Origin: an uncultured bacterium
Lineage (GTDB): Bacteria > Patescibacteriota > Microgenomatia > UBA1400 > PJMF01
Length of the DNA: 47,669 nt
Reading direction: 5' to 3'
Assembly (NCBI GenBank): GCA_963544615.1
Contig: CAUUGB010000002.1
Location: 1 to 47,669 of the forward strand
Below are positions 16,158 through 24,504 of the stretch, piece by piece. The notes below the pieces were generated by a model that was not told the DNA's origin, ran no database searches, and saw nothing but the letters and a program-made list of their open reading frames with translations. Both the position numbers and the translations under genes were made by a program. Within the stretch, counting starts at the first letter, position 1; every line of letters begins with the position of its first letter.

Positions 16158-17240
16158 ATGGCAAAAGGACGTTGGCAGATTTTGGATTTTTTCCGTGGCG
16201 TAGCGATTATTTGCGTAGTTTTGGATCACTGTTTTGCTTGGGTTAATCCGCCTACCCCGATTGCTGATTATAAAAGATGGCTAATTTTTTCTACCGGACC
16301 ATTATTTTTTTTAGCTGGGATTACTTTTGCACTTTCTTTTTATAGCCGCTTGCCAAAGTTTATTACCCAGCCTTGCCATGGCATTGATTATTTAAAGCAA
16401 TATTTTGCTTATGTGGGTAAAAAAGCGAGCAAATTGGTGGGAGCTTATTTATTAGCGATGCTGCTGATTACTAGTTGGCAAGAGAATTTTTCTTTAAGTT
16501 GGTATTTTCATCAAGTCTTAACTTTTCCTCACCAATTTTATTTTATTAGTATTTATCTGCAGCTTTTGTTAGTAGCGCCTTTAATTAGTTACAGCTGGGT
16601 ATTTTACCAGCACAAATTTAATTTTTCTTTATCTCAAGTATTGGTATGGGGCAACCTAGTTTATTTAACTATGGCTCTGGCAGCTAACACTTGGCCAATT
16701 TTAGCTGCCACTTGGTGGCGTCCGGCTCAGTTGCTTGGTGGTGGGATACAATTGTGGCTTTTTTCTTTGGGTACTTGCTTTACTTATGCTTATTTGCACG
16801 GTTGCTTTAATGAAAAAAAATTCAGTCCAGCCCTAGCTTTATGTTTGGGTATCACTGACATTGCTGTAGTAAAATTTACTCCGATTAACCAACATATTTT
16901 TGCTCATCCGCCAAATTTTTATACTATTTTTTATTTAGTGGGAGTCTTGGTGCTCTTGTGGGGGATTTACCAATATCAAGCTGCTAGCTTAATAGTTAAA
17001 CCAATTAGTTTTTTAGGTAAAAATTCTTTAAGTATTTTTCTTTATCATAGTTTTTTTATGGAAAAAATATATCAAAATTTATCTTTTTTCACTACCCATC
17101 ATTTCAAGTGGCAATTGGCGATTTTAGCCATTTTGTCAACTGCTGCTTCTTTACTGTGGTGGCTGGGATTAACTCGGGTATGGCAACTTGGTAAGTTTTT
17201 ATTAAATTCCCACCAAAGCAGTCGTTACCGTCTTAAATAA
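16158..17240 (+). CDS. acyltransferase family 3 membrane protein (OatA/OafA-like, no SGNH domain)
   Basis: N-terminal ILDFFRGVAIICVVLDHCF motif and about 10 TM helices. TATAAT lies 6 nt upstream of the ATG. Confidence 0.75.
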   Translation: MAKGRWQILDFFRGVAIICVVLDHCFAWVNPPTPIADYKRWLIFSTGPLFFLAGITFALSFYSRLPKFITQPCHGIDYLKQYFAYVGKKASKLVGAYLLAMLLITSWQENFSLSWYFHQVLTFPHQFYFISIYLQLLLVAPLISYSWVFYQHKFNFSLSQVLVWGNLVYLTMALAANTWPILAATWWRPAQLLGGGIQLWLFSLGTCFTYAYLHGCFNEKKFSPALALCLGITDIAVVKFTPINQHIFAHPPNFYTIFYLVGVLVLLWGIYQYQAASLIVKPISFLGKNSLSIFLYHSFFMEKIYQNLSFFTTHHFKWQLAILAILSTAASLLWWLGLTRVWQLGKFLLNSHQSSRYRLK

Positions 17241-17255
17241 TGCTATAATAGGCAC

Positions 17256-18653
17256 ATGAGTGCATATAAAAAACTTGAAGAATTGGTTTCTTTTTGTAAG
17301 TCACGTGGTTTTGTTTATCCTTCGAGTGAAATTTATGGTGGTTTAGGGGCTATTTATGATTATGGTCATTACGGCACCTTGCTAAAAAATAATTTGCGCG
17401 ACCGTTGGTGGCGAGAAATGGTTACCCTACACGAAGATGTAGTTGGCTTAGATAGTGCTATTTTTATGGCTCCAGTAGCGTGGAAGGCTTCAGGTCATCT
17501 GGACAATTTTGATGACCCCCAAATTGATTGTAAATCTTGTCACTCTAGACTTAGAGCCGATCATCTACTAGAAAAATATGGGATTAATGATGATAAACAA
17601 ACCTTAGAGGTGATTAACCAACATTTAGATGAGCTCAAAGCGGCTGGCAAACTTAAGTGCAGTGAATGCGGCAGCAAACAGTTAACCAAGGCTAAGCGCT
17701 TTTCTTTAATGGTGAAATCTAATATTGGTTCTCCCACCGATGATTTTTGTGAAGAAAATGTGGTTTATCTGCGTCCTGAGACATGTGGCGGTATTTATTT
17801 GGAGTACAAAAATGTACTTGACTCACTACATTTACAATTACCTTTTGGAATTGCTCAAGTGGGCAAAGCATTTCGCAATGAAATTATTGCCAGACAATTT
17901 ATTTTTCGCACGAGAGAATTTGAACAAATGGAAATGCAGTATTTTCTCCATCCAGAACAAATGGAGGAGAAATACCAATATTGGCGACAACAACGTTGGC
18001 GTTGGTATCTGGAATTAGGCATTGCTCCAGAAAAACTGCGTTGGTTTAAGCATGTTAAGCTTTCTCATTACGCTTCGGCTGCTTTTGACATTGAATATGA
18101 TAGTCAGTTTTTAGGTGGCTTTAAGGAAATTGAGGGCATTCATGCACGAGGTGATTGGGATTTATCGCAACATCAAAAATTCTCTGGAGTAGATTTGAGT
18201 TATTACGATCAGCAAACTAAAAAGCGCTTTATTCCTCATATTATGGAAACCTCAGTGGGGCTTAATCGCTTGACCTTAATGGTTTTAGATCATGCTTATA
18301 CTCTTGAAGACATTGGGGAGAGTAAACGTTTGGTGCTTAAAATTCATCCCCAACTTGCTCCGGTGAAAGTGGCCGTATTTCCTCTGTTGCGCAATAAAGC
18401 TGACTTGGTAGCAAAGGCACGCGCTTTATCTGGTAAACTAAGGCCGCTTTATCAAATTGAATTTGATGACCATGGTAATATTGGCAAGCGCTATCGGCGG
18501 CAAGATGAAATTGGCACCCCCTTTTGTGTGACGGTTGATTTTACCACTTTAAGTGAGCAAACAGTTACCGTGAGAGATCGCGATAGCATGGTTCAAGAGC
18601 GAGTGAGTATAGCTAAATTAGCTAATTACTTAAAAACTAAATTCAAATTTTAA
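17256..18653 (+). CDS. glyQS: glycine--tRNA ligase (dimeric alpha2 type)
   Basis: N-terminal SRGFVYPSSEIYGGLGAIYDYGHYG and class II motifs (FRNEI, GLNRL). TGcTATAAT lies 6 nt upstream of the ATG. Confidence 0.95.
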   Translation: MSAYKKLEELVSFCKSRGFVYPSSEIYGGLGAIYDYGHYGTLLKNNLRDRWWREMVTLHEDVVGLDSAIFMAPVAWKASGHLDNFDDPQIDCKSCHSRLRADHLLEKYGINDDKQTLEVINQHLDELKAAGKLKCSECGSKQLTKAKRFSLMVKSNIGSPTDDFCEENVVYLRPETCGGIYLEYKNVLDSLHLQLPFGIAQVGKAFRNEIIARQFIFRTREFEQMEMQYFLHPEQMEEKYQYWRQQRWRWYLELGIAPEKLRWFKHVKLSHYASAAFDIEYDSQFLGGFKEIEGIHARGDWDLSQHQKFSGVDLSYYDQQTKKRFIPHIMETSVGLNRLTLMVLDHAYTLEDIGESKRLVLKIHPQLAPVKVAVFPLLRNKADLVAKARALSGKLRPLYQIEFDDHGNIGKRYRRQDEIGTPFCVTVDFTTLSEQTVTVRDRDSMVQERVSIAKLANYLKTKFKF

Positions 18654-18654
18654 C

Positions 18655-19893
18655 ATGCAACTCCTGCTAAAAAATATTATTTATCGCTTAAAACGTGTTT
18701 ATCATTGGTTAATTACGGGAGTGAGAACTGGTTTGGTGTATCAGCTTTATTATGGTTTTCCCGAAAAAAAATTAAAAATAATTGCCATCACTGGCACTGA
18801 TGGCAAAACCACCAGCGCTACTTTGGTCTATCAATTACTCAAACAAGCCAATTTTAAGGTGGCTTTAATTTCAACGGTCGCCGCCTATATTGGCAGTGAA
18901 AAAATTGACACGGGTTTTCATGTGACATCGCCAGCTCCTCATCAACTATATGCTTTTATGGCACAAATGGTGAAAAAAAAAGTGGAATATTTAGTGCTGG
19001 AAGTGACTTCACAAGGTGCTTATCAGTGGCGTGATTGGGGTATTCACCCTTTAATTGCTGGAGTCACTAATGTGGAGCGTGATCATTTAGATTATCACTT
19101 AACTTGGGAAAATTATTTAGCGGCTAAAATGCTAATTTTAAATAAAGCCAAAACTGTAATTGCCAACAGTGACGGCAATTATTTCTCTGCTTTAAAAAAA
19201 AATTTGCACAATCATATTAACCTGTTAACTTTTAGTAAAAATACACGCTTTAGTGCTTCTTTGGAAAAAATTATTCGCACTAAATTTAGTGAAGATTTTA
19301 ATCGTTTAAATGCCTATTTAGCTTTAAGCATTGCTAAACAATTAGGACTAGCTGATAAGCAGTTAATTGCTGGTTTGAGTCAATTTCAATTACCCCCAGG
19401 CAGAATGCAATTTATTCCCAATAAATTAAACGCTGTAGTCATTGTTGATTTTGCTCATACTCCAGCAGGACTAGAAGCTGCTGTTAAAAGCATTCGCCGC
19501 AACCACTGTCAAAAAGGCAAAAAGTTAGTGGTAGTTTTTGGTTGCGCTGGTTTACGTGACGCGAGTAAAAGACCAGTAATGGGACGGTTGGGAGCTGGTT
19601 TGGCAGATTTGGCAATTTTTACTGCTGAAGATCCACGCAGTGAAAATATATGGACAATTATTAATCAAATGAAAAGTAACCTCACTCCTTTTGAAGCTAA
19701 AGTGATGTCCATACCTCATCGGGCACAAGCGGTTAGTTTTGCCTTAAATCATTATGCTAAAAATGGCAATACAGTGGCAATTTTTGGCAAAGGACATGAA
19801 AATAGCATGAATTATGATGGCAAAAGTGAAACACCTTGGAATGATATTGAAGCTTGTCAAAAATATTTACGCCGTTTAGAGAAAAAGAATTAA
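18655..19893 (+). CDS. murE: Mur ligase, MurE-like (short N-terminus)
   Basis: P-loop ITGTDGKTT, NVERDHLDYH, DFAHTPAGLE, and GCAGLRDASKRPVMG..FTAEDPRSE, as in MurE. The start is 1 nt after the glyQS stop. At 412 aa, the usual N-terminal UDP-binding domain is reduced. Confidence 0.8.
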   Translation: MQLLLKNIIYRLKRVYHWLITGVRTGLVYQLYYGFPEKKLKIIAITGTDGKTTSATLVYQLLKQANFKVALISTVAAYIGSEKIDTGFHVTSPAPHQLYAFMAQMVKKKVEYLVLEVTSQGAYQWRDWGIHPLIAGVTNVERDHLDYHLTWENYLAAKMLILNKAKTVIANSDGNYFSALKKNLHNHINLLTFSKNTRFSASLEKIIRTKFSEDFNRLNAYLALSIAKQLGLADKQLIAGLSQFQLPPGRMQFIPNKLNAVVIVDFAHTPAGLEAAVKSIRRNHCQKGKKLVVVFGCAGLRDASKRPVMGRLGAGLADLAIFTAEDPRSENIWTIINQMKSNLTPFEAKVMSIPHRAQAVSFALNHYAKNGNTVAIFGKGHENSMNYDGKSETPWNDIEACQKYLRRLEKKN

Positions 19894-19894
19894 G

Positions 19895-21247
19895 ATGCAC
19901 TATCATTTGGTGGGGATTAAAGGTGTGGCGATGACAGCTTTAGCCGGCATTTTAACTGATGCCGGTCACCAAGTTACCGGCAGTGATGTGGCCGAAAATT
20001 TTGTCACCGCCAAGGTACTAGCGAGTTTGCCCATTACCCCTCAAATAGGTTTTGCAAAAAGTAATTTACCAGCCACTACTCAAGCGGTAGTTTTTTCTGG
20101 AGCTCATGGGGGTAGTAGCAATCCGCAAGTAGTAGCAGCAAAAAAACTTTGTTTGCCAGTTTTTTCTCATATGCAGTTTTTAGCTACTTTATTTAACCAC
20201 AAGCAGGGTTTGGCTGTATGTGGGGTGGGGGGTAAATCAACCATCTCTGCGATGTTAGCTTTTGTTTTAGAACAAATTGACCCGCAAAGCTACAGTGTGG
20301 GTGTGGGGGAGATTTTAGGTCTACCTGCCACTGGCAAATACCGTCAAAACCAACCACTTTTTATAGTGGAAGCAGATGAATACGTGGCTGACCCGAGTGT
20401 AAAAAGCCAACCAATTATTCCCAGAATGAGTTTTTTGCAACCAGAAACCATTATTTGTGCCAACTTAAAATTTGATCATCCCGATGTATATGAAAATTTT
20501 GCTCACACCAAAAGTGTTTATGCCAACTTTTTTCTTTCTCTAAAACCCAATGGCAAGCTAATTTATTCTCTCGATGACGCTAATTTAGCTAAGTTATGCC
20601 AACAGGTGAAACAAAAGCGCCCCGATATTACTCTGCTTAGTTTTTCTCGCTGTCATCCTGGGAGTAATTATACTCTGGCTGATTTGGCAATTGATTTGCA
20701 AGTGCCGGGTGAATTTAATCGTCTTAATGCTTTAGCTGCTTTGGCTGCTTTAGAAAGTTATGGTTATAAGCGGTCAAAAATTTTCTCTGCTTTAGCAAAA
20801 TATCGCAGTGTTAAAAGACGTCTAGAGTTAATTAAGAGTAAAAATGGGATTGTTTATTGGGATGATTATGCTCATCATCCCAGTGAAATTAGTGCTGCTA
20901 TTGAAGCAATTGTCAGTAAATATCCAGGGCAAAAATTAACAGTGGCTTTTCAACCCCATACTTATTCGCGAACTAAAAGTTTATTAACTGAATTTGCCCA
21001 CTCGCTTGCTGGTAATTGGCAAACTTTACTGGTAGACATTTTCTCCTCAGCCAGAGAGAGTGTTGACCCTAGCATTAACGCAGAAATGTTAGTGGCAAAA
21101 ATTAATCAACTCCACGCTGGTCCACCAGCAATCAACGTGCACAACAATCAACAATTAGCCGCTTATTTAAGGAACAATTTAAGAGAACATGAGGTATTTT
21201 TAAGCTTAGGGGCGGGTGATATTTACTTAGTCCATCAGCAACTCTAA
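19895..21247 (+). CDS. murC: UDP-N-acetylmuramate--L-alanine ligase-like Mur ligase
   Basis: N-terminal HLVGIKGVAMTALAGIL Rossmann motif, P-loop GVGGKSTISAM, and DDYAHHPSEI. The start is 1 nt after the murE stop. An Mpl assignment cannot be excluded. Confidence 0.8.
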   Translation: MHYHLVGIKGVAMTALAGILTDAGHQVTGSDVAENFVTAKVLASLPITPQIGFAKSNLPATTQAVVFSGAHGGSSNPQVVAAKKLCLPVFSHMQFLATLFNHKQGLAVCGVGGKSTISAMLAFVLEQIDPQSYSVGVGEILGLPATGKYRQNQPLFIVEADEYVADPSVKSQPIIPRMSFLQPETIICANLKFDHPDVYENFAHTKSVYANFFLSLKPNGKLIYSLDDANLAKLCQQVKQKRPDITLLSFSRCHPGSNYTLADLAIDLQVPGEFNRLNALAALAALESYGYKRSKIFSALAKYRSVKRRLELIKSKNGIVYWDDYAHHPSEISAAIEAIVSKYPGQKLTVAFQPHTYSRTKSLLTEFAHSLAGNWQTLLVDIFSSARESVDPSINAEMLVAKINQLHAGPPAINVHNNQQLAAYLRNNLREHEVFLSLGAGDIYLVHQQL

Positions 21248-21256
21248 ATTTTAGCG

Positions 21257-22138
21257 CTATAAAACAGCATAAAAGTAACCATCAGAAAGAGGAGTTTGGC
21301 TCAAATCGCTGACTTGTTGCCAACTTTTGCCGTCATAAAACATCAATTTGCTACCAGCATATTCTTTTGGCAAAGTAACCGTCATCACTCCATTTTCAGG
21401 GCTGGTAGTAAATTTTAATTGCCAGGCTAAAGGCCTGCTACCACCATCTTTGCTGGCAGTGTCTGGTAACATCACCACTTCACCATCTAAACCCGCTGGC
21501 AAACCCATGGCTTGCATGAGCAAAAAATCTTGGCTATTTTGGAAAATTTTACTCGCTAGAGTAATTCCTAAAGACTCAATAGTTAAAGTCTGTTGCCCAG
21601 TTTGAAAATAAAACCATGGTGAACTGACAGCATAAGGGGTGCTACTGGCAAAATTAATCAGTAATTGACCTTGTTTAACCAAGTGATTAATACAAGCTCC
21701 CCCAGCACTGCAAGTTCCAAAGCGATTTTTAGTTTTGGTTGGCAGTGAGCTTAAATCTAGTTCCCCCATAAAGGCTTGCTGTCCACCTTCGCGCTCGCTT
21801 TCGGGAACTTTAATTTTAGCCCCACTGGCAGAAACAGCGGCTACGTCATCAACATCATAAACAATTTCATACTCAGCTCCACTGCTTTGTTGAGGTATTC
21901 TCTCTACTTGAATACTGACAAAACGACCCCCAGCTTCACTAAAAGGTTGCAAACTCACTTGAGGGCGCTCTGATAAGGGCAAAACATTTTCTGGGGCTGA
22001 GAGGCGTTTTTTTGGTTTGCTAGCTGCTGGTTGTTCGGGTAGTGGGGTGTTTTTTTCTTTAGCTTGCCACCAAAAAATGCCCGCGATGATGAATAATAAA
22101 ATTCCTGCTATTAAAGTAAAAGTTATTTTTTTGTTCAT
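21257..22138 (-). CDS. membrane-anchored hypothetical extracytoplasmic protein
   Basis: N-terminal TM anchor. TGcTAAAAT lies 6 nt from the ATG. No family recognised. Confidence 0.55.
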   Translation of the reverse strand: MNKKITFTLIAGILLFIIAGIFWWQAKEKNTPLPEQPAASKPKKRLSAPENVLPLSERPQVSLQPFSEAGGRFVSIQVERIPQQSSGAEYEIVYDVDDVAAVSASGAKIKVPESEREGGQQAFMGELDLSSLPTKTKNRFGTCSAGGACINHLVKQGQLLINFASSTPYAVSSPWFYFQTGQQTLTIESLGITLASKIFQNSQDFLLMQAMGLPAGLDGEVVMLPDTASKDGGSRPLAWQLKFTTSPENGVMTVTLPKEYAGSKLMFYDGKSWQQVSDLSQTPLSDGYFYAVL

Positions 22139-22217
22139 ATGCTTATTTTAGCATGAAAGTGACTAATATGAATTCACAGGCGAGCTAATAATCTCATTGA
22201 GATAAAATCATGATTAA

Positions 22218-23153
22218 TTATTTAGTGGCTGCTTTGATAGCATGGCGATAAACCCGCCAAGGTTTAGGGCCAATATAGGCTTGAGAATTAATAAAAACTA
22301 GCGGTGTACCATATAAATTAGTTCGCGAAATTTCTTGCAGCAAGTATTGCTGTCGACCATTTGTTAAGGAACTTTGCAAACATTCACCCAATGATTGTTT
22401 ATTAAAACCAAAGCTCTCCGCTTGAGCGAGTACCGCCTCACTACTAGCATTAACTTGAGGGTCATTGGCAAAAAGTTGGCTTAAAAAAAGCCAGAAAGCT
22501 GCTTGACTCTCTTTATTCAAGCAGTCAAATAAGCTGACTAAATAATCAGTTTCTGCTTTCACGGGATAATGAGCAAAAATAAAATTAGCTTGATACTCCT
22601 TTGCCAAATTAAAAACACTTTGATACACTTGGCGAGAATAATTACAATTAACACAGCCAATAAAAATTACCTGCTTATTGCTTTGCGGATTTGTCTGAGC
22701 AAAAAGCGACCAGTCAACTCCTGCCATCGTGGGAGTATGATTGGCGGCTGGTTGGCTACCACAAGAAGTCACACTATTGTTTTCTCCACTCATATCCAGC
22801 AAGCATACCCCTGTATCGTTAAGACCACGACAGCTACCATATAAATAAAAATTCATCATGCCTCGAGTTACCCAAAACAAACTTCCTAAAGTGAGAATGG
22901 CAAATATCCAAGACAAAAGTTCAAAATTTTTGGCTGCCAATTTTGCTAGCTGGGGAGACTTAAGGATTAAGCGTGCTACAAAAGCAGCTTTAATTTTTTC
23001 TCTAAAGCCAGTGTTGCAGGGACGCAGCGTAATTCGCCTAAAAACACAATCAAAAGCTTCTTTGGCTAATTGACGATGAGTAGCAGAAAAAATACTCATT
23101 AACCCTAAAATAATAAAGGCAATAATACATGGCATGTTAACGTAAGATATCAA
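22218..23153 (-). CDS. membrane protein with C-terminal thioredoxin-fold (DsbA-like) domain, CxxC = CVNC
   Basis: Two TM helices with paired Cys motifs (CVFRRITLRPC; CRGLNDTGVC). A thioredoxin-like domain follows with FIGCVNCNYS. The gene overlaps the upstream sufS-like gene by 17 nt. Confidence 0.6.
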   Translation of the reverse strand: MISYVNMPCIIAFIILGLMSIFSATHRQLAKEAFDCVFRRITLRPCNTGFREKIKAAFVARLILKSPQLAKLAAKNFELLSWIFAILTLGSLFWVTRGMMNFYLYGSCRGLNDTGVCLLDMSGENNSVTSCGSQPAANHTPTMAGVDWSLFAQTNPQSNKQVIFIGCVNCNYSRQVYQSVFNLAKEYQANFIFAHYPVKAETDYLVSLFDCLNKESQAAFWLFLSQLFANDPQVNASSEAVLAQAESFGFNKQSLGECLQSSLTNGRQQYLLQEISRTNLYGTPLVFINSQAYIGPKPWRVYRHAIKAATK

Positions 23154-24357
23154 TCACCTTTCTTAAAGCTTGTGCAAATTGTTCTGCTTCATCTAAAGTA
23201 TTATAAAAATAAAAAGAAGCTCGCACACTTCCGGTTATTTTTTTCTGCGCAAACCAAGAATGCACACAATGCTGCCCAGAGCGGACGGCAATATTAAAAG
23301 TTTTATCAAGCAACATGGCAATTTGGTGACAATCAATACCAGGCAGATAAAAAGAAAAAATACCACCGCGAAGTTTAGGGTCAGCCGGTCCTAAAAGACG
23401 CAGGCCTTCAATTTGGCCACATTGAGTGGTTAAATATTGGTTAATAGCTAATTCTGTTTGTTGAATTTGCTTCATACCCACTTGTTGAAGATAATCCACC
23501 GCTGCAGCTAAGCCAACAATCCCAGCATAGTCTTGCAGCCCAGCTTCAAATTTTTCTGGCGCTGGTAAAAACTCCACACTATGGTAAGTAGTGGCTGCCA
23601 CTGTGTCACCACCCACCATAAAAGGCTGTAAAGTTTGTAGTAATTTTGCTTTGCCATAAAACACTCCCATACCTGAGGGACCCAACATTTTATGACCAGA
23701 AAAACTCAAAAAGTCAGTGTCTAGTTTGTTAACATTAATACTCTGATGAGGAACTGCTTGAGCACCATCAAAATGCACCAGGGCATGTTTTTGGTGAGCT
23801 AATTGAACAATTTTTTCTGCTGGAATACTCACGCCATCTAAATTAGAAGTCAGTCCTAAGGAAACCAAGCGTACTTGAGAGTTTTGCTCTAAAAGTTGTC
23901 TAAAATTATCTAAACTAAAAGTGCCATCATTATTGCTATGGCAAATTAATAATTTAATTTTTTTCTTTTGAGCCAAACGCAACCAAGGCACTAAATTAGA
24001 ATTGTGTTCTTTATCACCAATAATTACTTGGTCGCCATTTTCCCAAGCAAAACTATTGGCCAACAAATTAATACCTTCGGTAGTATTACGAGTAAAAATA
24101 ATTTCTTGGGAAGTTTTACTCCCTAAAAACTTAGCCAATTTAGCTCTGGCAGTTTGCACTTCTTGCTGGACTCGCGCTGCTAAGTGATGCATGCTTCTAC
24201 CTGCACAAGCAGGGTAATCGCGCAGATAAGCTAAAACAGCATCAATTACCTTTTGTGGTCGCAGCGTTTGACAGGCATTGTCAAAATAAATCGGCGGTTT
24301 ACTAGTTTGCAAAATAGGAAAATCATCTCGATAAAATTTACTTTTGCCAAACATCAT
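23137..24357 (-). CDS. sufS: class V aminotransferase, SufS/CsdA-type cysteine desulfurase
   Basis: FDNACQTLRP, PLP-lysine region SFSGHKMLGPSGMGV, and active-site loop RSGQHCV. TGaTATGAT lies 6 nt upstream of the ATG. Confidence 0.85.
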   Translation of the reverse strand: MMFGKSKFYRDDFPILQTSKPPIYFDNACQTLRPQKVIDAVLAYLRDYPACAGRSMHHLAARVQQEVQTARAKLAKFLGSKTSQEIIFTRNTTEGINLLANSFAWENGDQVIIGDKEHNSNLVPWLRLAQKKKIKLLICHSNNDGTFSLDNFRQLLEQNSQVRLVSLGLTSNLDGVSIPAEKIVQLAHQKHALVHFDGAQAVPHQSINVNKLDTDFLSFSGHKMLGPSGMGVFYGKAKLLQTLQPFMVGGDTVAATTYHSVEFLPAPEKFEAGLQDYAGIVGLAAAVDYLQQVGMKQIQQTELAINQYLTTQCGQIEGLRLLGPADPKLRGGIFSFYLPGIDCHQIAMLLDKTFNIAVRSGQHCVHSWFAQKKITGSVRASFYFYNTLDEAEQFAQALRKVIDILR

Positions 24358-24504
24358 TTTTATATCATATCACAGAATTTACTCAGGAAGATAAAGGGGT
24401 GATAATTTTTGTTTAATGTTGACCTGCTTGAACCTGGTAAAGTTTTGTCCACTTTAAGCGAAATTTCTCTTGCATAATTAAAACTTCACCGCTATAATAC
24501 TTCG

